A stretch of 44,365 nucleotides of DNA, from NCBI GenBank assembly GCA_018650165.1, contig JABIGM010000021.1, forward strand, positions 1 through 44,365, written 5' to 3'. Source of the stretch: Methanobacteriota archaeon. GTDB taxonomy: Archaea; Thermoplasmatota; Poseidoniia; Poseidoniales; Poseidoniaceae. Positions 37,317 to 44,365 of the stretch are shown one piece after another. Made by a program: the position numbers and the translations under genes. The notes beneath the pieces are model-generated. The model did not search any database and was not told the origin of the DNA. It saw only the letters and a program-made list of their open reading frames with translations. The number at the start of each line of letters is the position of its first letter. Position 1 is the stretch's first letter.

Positions 37317-38342
37317 ATGGATTTGGTTCAAGCGGCGTGGATGATTCGCGATCTCGGCCAACCAGTTAGCGCTTTACACATCGGCGAGGACGCGTCCATA
37401 ATCGCCGGGGGATGGGACGGGGCCCTCAAAAAATGGGACCACGAAGGTACTCTATTGTGGGGGACACAATGCGAAGACCGAATTGAATGTATTTTGGTTG
37501 ATGGTGAATTAGTCGTAGTCACGTCAGGCCTGCATATCACTTGCGTAATCGATGGAGAAATTCAATGGAGCCATGCATTGGAAGGTTCAGCAGACTTACT
37601 TACCACTTTCAATGACCAAATTATAGCTACCTCAAGCGTGTACGATATCGAGCATGGCGATTTTATGGAAAGCGGGATTTGGAACTTCACACGTGAAGGA
37701 GAATTACTGAATGTTAATCGCATGGACGAAAGACCATGGTTCATTGCTTCTGAAGCGGACTTAATCGTAGGGCTTGGTCGTCCGAAGTGCGGCGTACTGA
37801 TTGGAAACGAATATCACAATTTGGCAACCGAGTCTCCGGTAACATGCGGAGTTTCGGGTAGAGAAAGAACACTATTTGGTCATGCAGACGGAACCGTATC
37901 GTCATTAGATGGCGCAAAGGTTTCCAAAGAAGAAACTTCGATAGATTCTGTATTGTGTTCTGAAAGCGGATTTGTCATTGCATTAGAAAATGGGACATTA
38001 GTTGCCCGTTCACCCGACTCAACTGAATTATGGAAAGCACCAGGCTCTCAAATTACAACCCAAGTATCTGGTTTCAATGAATTACATTGGTGCGGCCGGT
38101 GGCAAATTACCACGGGCGTTGTTGAGGTTAGAGGCTCAGATGGCAAATTAATCACTTCAGCTTCAACTTCACGGCCAAGAGTTTCGACTTCATCTGAATT
38201 AAGAATCGGTATCGGTTTTGACGATGGCCAAATCCTGGTATGGGAAAAGGAATTGTTTGAACGCCGTTCATCTGAAAAATCATCATCTACGGATGGTCGA
38301 AAATCTGCCTTGGCTGCTAAACTTCGATCACTACGAGAATGA
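37317..38342 (+). CDS. PQQ/WD40-like beta-propeller protein
   Basis: AGGWDGALKKWDHEGTLLW, GEIQWS, ELWK and IGFDDGQILVWE blade repeats. Confidence 0.75.
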   Translation: MDLVQAAWMIRDLGQPVSALHIGEDASIIAGGWDGALKKWDHEGTLLWGTQCEDRIECILVDGELVVVTSGLHITCVIDGEIQWSHALEGSADLLTTFNDQIIATSSVYDIEHGDFMESGIWNFTREGELLNVNRMDERPWFIASEADLIVGLGRPKCGVLIGNEYHNLATESPVTCGVSGRERTLFGHADGTVSSLDGAKVSKEETSIDSVLCSESGFVIALENGTLVARSPDSTELWKAPGSQITTQVSGFNELHWCGRWQITTGVVEVRGSDGKLITSASTSRPRVSTSSELRIGIGFDDGQILVWEKELFERRSSEKSSSTDGRKSALAAKLRSLRE

Positions 38343-38436
38343 TGTTATTTATTGAACAAATCTTCCAGTGGATACAGTGGAAAGCATAGCCGTAGACCCC
38401 CGTTTCGCATGGAAAACAGCCGAAAAAAGCGTAAGG

Positions 38437-38443
38437 TTTATTT
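38437..38443 (+). promoter_or_regulatory. Possible TATA box for the structured RNA
   Basis: TTTATTT lies about 25 nt upstream of the first hairpin (38468), with an A-tract at 38423-38428. The match is imperfect. Confidence 0.35.
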
Positions 38444-38467
38444 GCCGCCTCTGCACACATGAATATT

Positions 38468-39335
38468 GCCGCTCTGAAAGGAGTGGTGGAGGACTTCTCC
38501 GGAAGCCCTCTGGGACCCTTGCCAACCGGACGCTCAAACCGAGCAAAGTGTTGGTCACAAACTCTGGAGACGGAGCGAGTGAGGCGATCGGGGAGATTGT
38601 GAACTTTCGAGTTCAGAAAGTCCCTCCGCCCACAGGATGATACGGAGCTTCGGCGAAGAATCAGCCACATATCTTTCGAGGAATGTGGTATAGGGAGGGC
38701 CACAACTTGTTGTGGAATTACCAAAGACTGTGCAACAGCCGGGAGGAGTAGCAGTAACAGTTCTTCGGAACAACCTCTGTTACAACAAACGGCTTGGTGG
38801 AAAAGTTTCGGCTTGGAAACCACGGGCGGAGACCGAATCAGGGATGCAACCTTCGGGATGCAAAACTGGAAACGGACCAACCACGGACGGAAACCGCGCA
38901 ACCCACTTCTTCGGAAGTGAGTTGAAACGGACCTCCATGGCCAAGACCGAATTGGAGAGCAACCTTCGGGAAACTCGAAAAAAACGGATGGCCACCGTTG
39001 GAGGAAGCACGATCACTTCGGTGAGAATGTGAAAAACAACACCGGTAGAGAGGAAACAGGACCTTCGGGCGATGTGAAATCAATACCACCCTGGGAATCT
39101 ACCATTTCGGTGGAAGATGAACAGTACCCGGCTGTTGAGAAGAAGGCACCTTGGAAACAAGATGTCAACGAACTGGAAAGCACTTTTCGGAGTGAAGAAA
39201 GGTGACGACGACTCGACGGCCACCAGCGGAGGCTGGCAGGGGGGCGGATATCCCACCCGGATGAAACCCCCCTGCCAGTTCTCCCATCCTGCTTTCACAG
39301 GTAAACGGGTGCCAGTGCATTCCGCTTATGACTCT
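38468..39335 (+). ncRNA. Candidate large (~870 nt) highly structured non-coding RNA, family unassigned
   Basis: TTCG-capped hairpins with loops at 38606, 38649, 38675, 38764, 38807, 38852, 38910, 38965, 39017, 39064, 39106 and 39186. Also a UCCG loop at 38498, GAAA loops at 38476 and 39154, a CUUG loop at about 38706, and a 12-bp stem 39233-39244/39267-39278. No credible ORF. Ends are approximate. Confidence 0.8.
38732..38988 (+). repeat. Four degenerate tandem modules GCAAC-[UUCG hairpin]-AAACGG within the RNA candidate
   Basis: GCAAC at 38732, 38846, 38898, 38959; AAACGG at 38787, 38870, 38925, 38982. Exact repeats: AGACCGAAT (38830, 38944), GCAACCTTCGGGA (38846, 38959), GAAACGGACC (38869, 38924). 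Confidence 0.75.
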
Positions 39336-39376
39336 TAAGGACGTAAATCTTCTTCGCGACCACTTTTGATTGGTGA

Positions 39377-40768
39377 TTAATTTACGCCAGTCATTTCTTC
39401 AGGCCTAACCCACTGGTCGAACTCTTCATTGGTAAGGAACCCTAATTCAAGAGCGGCTTCCCTCAGAGTCGTGCCTTCCTGGTGTGCCTTTTTAGCGATC
39501 TTTGCAGATTTATCATATCCGATATGATTATTCAAAGCTGTAACTAACATTAGTGAATTCTCTAGATGATTTTTGATAACATCCCTATTTGGCTCAATAC
39601 CTTCCACGCACTTTTCTCTAAACGCGCGCATTGAGTCTGATAGAATCCGTGCACTATGCAATAGATTGTGAATCATCATTGGTTTGAATACATTCAATTC
39701 GAAATTACCTTGGCTTCCTCCGATTGTGATGGCCGTGTGATTGCCCATCACTTGACAGCAAACCATTGTTAGGGCCTCGGATTGAGTTGGGTTTACCTTT
39801 CCTGGCATAATAGAGGATCCTGGCTCATTAGCGGGAAGTGATAATTCTCCAAGTCCACATCTTGGCCCAGAACCTAGCCAACGTACATCGTTGGCTATTT
39901 TCATCAAACTTACAGCCAAGGTGTTGAGTGCGCCACTCGCAGATACAACAGCATCATGAGCGGCTAATTGTGAAAATTTATTTGGCGCTGAAACAAACGG
40001 CAGACTCGTTTTCAATGCGATGGCAGCAGCCACTCTATCTGCAAACTCGGCATGAGTATTGAGTCCGGTACCCACTGCAGTACCTCCTAATGCCAACTCG
40101 TGTAAATCTTCTAACACAAATTCAATTCTTCGAATATCAGCATCTAATTGTGCAACCCAGCCACTTGCTTCTTGCCCGAGTGTTAAAGGTACAGCATCCA
40201 TTAAGTGAGTACGTCCAATTTTTACAACATCAGACCATTCATCCGATTTTATCGCTAGTGCATCTCTCAAATTTGCAAGGCTGGGCAGTAACTCATGAGT
40301 GAAAGCTTCAGCACTGGCAATATGCATCGCAGTTGGAAAGGTATCGTTGGAGGACTGTGCGCGATTAACGTGGTCATTTGGATGAACAGGACTCTTGGAT
40401 CCAAGTACCCCACCCGCCATTTCTATTGCACGGTTTGCAATAACTTCGTTTGAATTCATATTCGATTGTGTTCCAGAACCGGTTTGCCAAATGCGTAAAG
40501 GAAAATGGTCATCCAATTTCCCATTAACAACCTCTTCAGCAGCAGCAATAATTAATTTTGAAACATCAGAGTCTAGTTGTCCCAAATCAGCATTGACTTT
40601 TGCCGCCGCTTGCTTGAGTATTCCAAACGCCCGAACGATTTCTCGCGGCATTTTGTCATCACCAATATCGAAGTTGATTAGGGACCTCGCGGTCTGGCAT
40701 CCGTAGTAACGATCTGCAGGAACTTCCAACTCTCCCATGGTATCGGACTCGATTCGAACATCTCTCAT
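39377..40768 (-). CDS. fumC: Fumarate hydratase class II
   Basis: [35 protein letters not shown], signature [28 protein letters not shown]. Confidence 0.97.
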   Translation of the reverse strand: MRDVRIESDTMGELEVPADRYYGCQTARSLINFDIGDDKMPREIVRAFGILKQAAAKVNADLGQLDSDVSKLIIAAAEEVVNGKLDDHFPLRIWQTGSGTQSNMNSNEVIANRAIEMAGGVLGSKSPVHPNDHVNRAQSSNDTFPTAMHIASAEAFTHELLPSLANLRDALAIKSDEWSDVVKIGRTHLMDAVPLTLGQEASGWVAQLDADIRRIEFVLEDLHELALGGTAVGTGLNTHAEFADRVAAAIALKTSLPFVSAPNKFSQLAAHDAVVSASGALNTLAVSLMKIANDVRWLGSGPRCGLGELSLPANEPGSSIMPGKVNPTQSEALTMVCCQVMGNHTAITIGGSQGNFELNVFKPMMIHNLLHSARILSDSMRAFREKCVEGIEPNRDVIKNHLENSLMLVTALNNHIGYDKSAKIAKKAHQEGTTLREAALELGFLTNEEFDQWVRPEEMTGVN

Positions 40769-40825
40769 ACCCGTAGGGGCGTAGGTGGTTGTCCATGTCC
40801 CTTTCCCCTCGCAACCGTCAAAGGG

Positions 40826-41563
40826 GTGAATCCAGAGCACTACCTGATGGCAAGTTATCGCCTAGTATGGTTTCAACATCTGCATAAGGCAGCAGGAACC
40901 TATGTGATTAGACGTGCAATGGCCAACGGCGAGACATTTTGGCCGACTCATGAAAACGGAAACCCAGTGAGAGAGGGAGAAGTAATTCCCCTTTGGAAGA
41001 TGGAAGGAAACGATTTGACAGCATTTATTGACGAATGTGAAAATAGTGGAGTCACATTTGTTGCTTGTGAATGGGGCGGGGCCGACTTTGAAATCCTGGC
41101 AAACGACGAAAGAGTAACACTACTAACTTGTTTGAGACACCCGATTAAGCGATTAATTTCTAACTACAATTATGACCATTATTGGATGTGGACAAAGGCA
41201 ACATCCTATGCCGAATATCTGAATGAAGGCCATCTACATTCTTCATCAGAATATTATACTCGAATTTTTGCACGTGGAAAAGAAGATTTAGCAATCGCCA
41301 AATCAAATATTTCCCTCTTCGATTACATCATTATTGCAGAAGATGGTATGTCTGCATTAGACGAATTAGGATGGTCCAAAGAAAGCGATACTACGCACCC
41401 AACATTTGGCGACAAAAAAAGAGCATCAATCCTCCTTTTGAAGTTAAGGTGGATTAGATTATTCAACTATCTCAAACAACGAAAACACCTCCCGCCTACA
41501 GAATTACAAATCGAAGAAAAAAATAAATTAGACATGGATTTATACAATTCAATGCGTGATTAA
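40826..41563 (+). CDS. Sulfotransferase family (Sulfotransfer_2-like) protein
   Basis: 5'-PSB-like [10 protein letters not shown], 3'-PB-like [13 protein letters not shown]-terminal NKLDMDLY. Start may be 40847. Confidence 0.75.
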   Translation: MNPEHYLMASYRLVWFQHLHKAAGTYVIRRAMANGETFWPTHENGNPVREGEVIPLWKMEGNDLTAFIDECENSGVTFVACEWGGADFEILANDERVTLLTCLRHPIKRLISNYNYDHYWMWTKATSYAEYLNEGHLHSSSEYYTRIFARGKEDLAIAKSNISLFDYIIIAEDGMSALDELGWSKESDTTHPTFGDKKRASILLLKLRWIRLFNYLKQRKHLPPTELQIEEKNKLDMDLYNSMRD

Positions 41564-41629
41564 AACCCATTACAAAAGGGGAGCCCTTTGATTGGATATA
41601 ATGAAATATCAAAGGGAGGAGATAATGCT

Positions 41630-43048
41630 GTGCCGGGAGACAGAAAGCGTAACTTCGGCCGCAACCGTGTGCTTCAGCCTTCGGCAGCCTATACTCCAGT
41701 CAACGAGCAGGAAGTATTGGAAATCCTCGACCGGCATCAGGGCCAGAGTATTCGTGCCGTGGGGAGATTGCATAGTTGGAGCGAGGCTATACTGGGCGAT
41801 GGTGTGCAACTAGATTTGCGTCGATTGAACGATGTATTACTCGAGCCAGATGGTGATCAGTTTGTTGCCACAGTAGGGGCTGGTTGTCAAATCAAGCGTC
41901 TTCTCAAGGAACTGAATCGCGGCGGTGCCACCTTACATTCACTAGGGCTAATCGATGTACAGACTATAGCGGGAGCTATCTCCACAGGTACTCATGGGTC
42001 GGGTCGCCACAGTATGTCGCACTATGTCGAAGAAGTGAGACTGGCAAGATATGACGAATCATCTGGGAAGGCGTTCATCGATGAGGTAAGTGCGGGAGAT
42101 GAATTGTTGGCAGCTCGTTGTTCACTGGGTTCACTTGGAATTATTCTGTCCGTGAAACTTAGATGCCGCGCACAGTACAACGTGCAGGAGCATTTCACGG
42201 AGTCTCGAAGATTGGAAGACGTTCTGAGTGCAGAAGAGTCGTATCCACTCCAGCAGTTTTACTTCATCCCATGGCGCTGGTCATACTTCACTCAACACCG
42301 GTTTGAGGATACTGGTAAACGGTCCTTCCTTTCCAAGATGTATCGTCTCTACTGGATGGGAGTGATGGACTATGGGCTGCATTTGAAGATATTATTCCTA
42401 AAGCGTGTTTTGCGAAGCCGACGCATGATTCGGTTTAGTTTTCGCCGCACAGTATCTCTATTCCTTATTCGCAAGTGGAAAGTCACAGACCGCTCCTCGT
42501 CCATGTTATTGATGAAGCACGAGGCGTTTAGGCACATCGAGATTGAATTATTCGTACCCCGAGACCAGTTGCCTGAAGCCCTCAGATTTACCAAAGAAGT
42601 CATCGAGGTTGCAGGGAGTAAAGATACCTCATTATCAGAGGTCAATCAGCGCCGAATCGATGATCTTGGCATGCAAGAGGACTTAGACGAACTTCAAAAT
42701 CAGTACTGCCACCACTACCCTATCTGTGTGCGACGAGTACTTCCTGATGACACTTTGATTTCAATGGCTAGTGGTGAAGACCAAGACTGGTATGCGGTGA
42801 GTTTCATCAGTTACGCAAAACCTTCACGCAGAGCGGGGTTCGACCTATTTTCTAGGTTCATGGCCCGAAGTATGTCTAAACAATTCCAAGCTCGCCCTCA
42901 TTGGGGCAAAATTAGCCCCCTAGAAGCTAGTGAACTGACTTCCTTGTATCCTAAGTTCGATACTTTTCGCTCAGTCAGTAAGGCGCTTGACCCACAAGGT
43001 GTATTCCAAAATGAATGGACAACTGCGTTGCTAGATGCAGATGATTAG
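41630..43048 (+). CDS. FAD-linked oxidase, D-arabinono-1,4-lactone oxidase / L-gulonolactone oxidase family
   Basis: VRAVG-like IRAVGRLHSWS (FAD-linking His), QTIAGAISTGTHGSG, SLGSLGII, EIELFVP, RPHWGK, DPQGVFQN. GTG 41630 follows GGAGGA. Confidence 0.9.
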   Translation: MPGDRKRNFGRNRVLQPSAAYTPVNEQEVLEILDRHQGQSIRAVGRLHSWSEAILGDGVQLDLRRLNDVLLEPDGDQFVATVGAGCQIKRLLKELNRGGATLHSLGLIDVQTIAGAISTGTHGSGRHSMSHYVEEVRLARYDESSGKAFIDEVSAGDELLAARCSLGSLGIILSVKLRCRAQYNVQEHFTESRRLEDVLSAEESYPLQQFYFIPWRWSYFTQHRFEDTGKRSFLSKMYRLYWMGVMDYGLHLKILFLKRVLRSRRMIRFSFRRTVSLFLIRKWKVTDRSSSMLLMKHEAFRHIEIELFVPRDQLPEALRFTKEVIEVAGSKDTSLSEVNQRRIDDLGMQEDLDELQNQYCHHYPICVRRVLPDDTLISMASGEDQDWYAVSFISYAKPSRRAGFDLFSRFMARSMSKQFQARPHWGKISPLEASELTSLYPKFDTFRSVSKALDPQGVFQNEWTTALLDADD

Positions 43049-43205
43049 CAATGGTGTGAATGAAGAAAGGAGGGTATAGTTATTGACCCAGCACGAGCGT
43101 TATGCTTTGAATTGCAAGGGTCCCCCAGTACATTCGCTAGGCTATGAAAAAGCTCACTGCAAGCCCTTGCAACTCATCCGAATCGTTTGGTGTAATCACC
43201 GCACA

Positions 43206-43472
43206 TCAGATTCGACGAAGAGTGCCCATGTCATCACGAAAGAATACATCGTCAAGACCATCGGGATGAGCAGGATTTGTCGTTTCCCTACTTTCAACCG
43301 TGATTGTCATTCTTGACATTCTCTTTTCATACGTAGTTCTTTCAAGATTATAATGAGAAAAATTCACTTCGCACCAATCCACAATTTCCTGTGTGTTGAC
43401 TGTATCTCTACTTTTCACATTGAATGTGGATAAGTAGGAAAGAATTGCATCCCGTGAACGACATTTAGCCAT
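43206..43472 (-). CDS. Small hypothetical protein (88 aa), possibly a truncated DNA-binding domain
   Basis: ATG start, with a TATATA element about 35-40 bp upstream on the minus strand; no recognisable catalytic motif. Confidence 0.5.
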   Translation of the reverse strand: MAKCRSRDAILSYLSTFNVKSRDTVNTQEIVDWCEVNFSHYNLERTTYEKRMSRMTITVESRETTNPAHPDGLDDVFFRDDMGTLRRI

Positions 43473-43589
43473 GAACCACTGAAACGCTTTATCCTAATCA
43501 ATTGTTCGTATATATTGGAGAAAATATAGAAAGGGGCTCTTTAGAGAGGCGAATTTTTCAAGTTAATGATGAACCGCTTTGAGCGGGAT

Positions 43590-44093
43590 CTAGTTCAAAT
43601 GCTTCAAATGTTGATCCAATTTGTTAACTTGCTTTGCTAATGTCATTGTCATCACTGGAACACTACTCCACATTACTAGATTTGAAATTATCAATACCCA
43701 CCAGGTATCATAAAAAACTTCCAACCCGTGAGCTAGAGGGCCGCTTACCATAGCAAAAAATATCCATAATTGTATAACTGCAGGTATGAAAAACATACCC
43801 AGCCCTATTCGAAAGGTGTCGAATTCTACTTCTTTTGAAGACTTTATCCTTGCACCTTCTAACCACATGATGCGCTGCTCTTCTTCAAATTTAAGCAGTG
43901 TTAGTATCTTACTTTCTTCTTGTTTTATCTTTTGAGATAATTGATTTTTTTCATCAACTGCCTGTTTTAGACGTGTAATATCCCATCCACCATTTGGCAG
44001 ACGAAAGAATTGTTCATCCAAGTTAGGGTTATCCTTTTTCAAGGATTTCCAGAGCCTCGAAGGATTAGAATTGTGTGATGTCCATTCATCCAT
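43590..44093 (-). CDS. Hypothetical membrane protein (coiled coil plus 2 C-terminal TM)
   Basis: 167-aa ORF with ATG start; AT-rich coding sequence. Confidence 0.6.
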   Translation of the reverse strand: MDEWTSHNSNPSRLWKSLKKDNPNLDEQFFRLPNGGWDITRLKQAVDEKNQLSQKIKQEESKILTLLKFEEEQRIMWLEGARIKSSKEVEFDTFRIGLGMFFIPAVIQLWIFFAMVSGPLAHGLEVFYDTWWVLIISNLVMWSSVPVMTMTLAKQVNKLDQHLKHLN

Positions 44094-44263
44094 GAAAACC
44101 CGTGCAAATGGCGGTGATTAAACAAATCGCAGAATCTTGTGCATCGGACAACCGTTCATTCTTTTCTGCGGACTGTCCTACATTCAATTTCTTCAGTTTG
44201 ACTTTTAACATCGTGTTTAATTCTATGCTGTTGAAAAATCAAACTGATTAATTCGACAATTAT

Positions 44264-44365
44264 TCAACGGCGACGCTTGTTTTTCTGACTGCGTCGCGCA
44301 CGTGCTTGAACTGCCATCGCTTTGTTCGTGCCCTTTCTTTGAGAACGTGCACGCTTATCTCCAAC
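44264..44365 (-). CDS. 3' end of a highly basic protein (truncated by window edge)
   Basis: Open frame from the edge: VGDKRARSQRKGTNKAMAVQARARRSQKNKRRR-stop (TGA at 44264-44266). Too short to identify. Confidence 0.4.
   Translation of the reverse strand, partial: VGDKRARSQRKGTNKAMAVQARARRSQKNKRRR

Noticed and set aside
38830-38990. CRISPR array interpretation of the repeated motifs
   Set aside because: Repeats are 9-13 nt, degenerate and irregularly spaced; there are no 25-45 nt identical repeats with unique spacers and no cas genes.
39233-39278. 12-bp GC stem as an ordinary intrinsic terminator for fumC or upstream genes
   Set aside because: It has a 22-nt loop, no U-tract on either strand, lies about 100 nt from the fumC stop, and is embedded in a much larger structured region.
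38468-39335. rRNA, tRNA, SRP RNA, or group I/II intron identity for the structured region
   Set aside because: No universal 16S/23S/5S signatures, cloverleaf, SRP helix-8 (CCAGG..GGAA..AGCAG) match, group II domain V/GUGYG start, or group I P7 R/S elements were recognised. No interrupted host gene or intron-encoded protein is present. This was judged by eye; cmscan is needed to be definitive.
38317-39338. Small ORFs on both strands in the hairpin-rich interval (38317-38901, 38368-38640, 38712-39032, 38780-39016, 39117-39338 and others)
   Set aside because: They overlap each other in several frames, have no recognisable domains and odd composition. The sequence is better explained by RNA structure, and GC-rich stems suppress stop codons.

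Overview
Archaeal chromosomal window. Gene content and protein style (TFB, topoisomerase VI, phosphopantothenate synthetase, Pcc1, bacterial-type acyltransferase, large CARDB-type surface proteins) point to Marine Group II Euryarchaeota / Poseidoniales; this is an inference, not a database result. The window is gene-dense: about 45 CDS, mostly housekeeping or metabolic (top6A/B, tfb, rnhA, gcvH, galU-like, nadC, xth, hflX, fumC, aconitase-family and isocitrate/isopropylmalate-dehydrogenase-family enzymes), a small sugar-nucleotide/GtrA module and many hypothetical membrane or surface proteins. I found no tRNA, rRNA, CRISPR array or transposase. The stand-out feature is a ~1 kb interval without a credible ORF between a beta-propeller gene and fumC (38343-39376). 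About 870 nt of it (38468-39335, + strand) are packed with hairpins: 12 UUCG-capped, plus UCCG, GAAA and CUUG loops. It also has four repeated GCAAC-hairpin-AAACGG modules, several long-range complementarities and a perfect 12-bp GC-rich 3' stem. It looks like a large, ornate structured ncRNA that I cannot assign to a known family; a heavily expanded RNase P RNA is one testable alternative. Secondary highlights are a tandem HSR1/Phr-type operator in front of a Phr-like regulator, a swivel-domain-first fused aconitase, an HX5D acyltransferase in an archaeon and a 1672-aa VWA-containing surface protein. Where I changed start codons from the ORF track, I did so by eye using SD motifs and domain boundaries.
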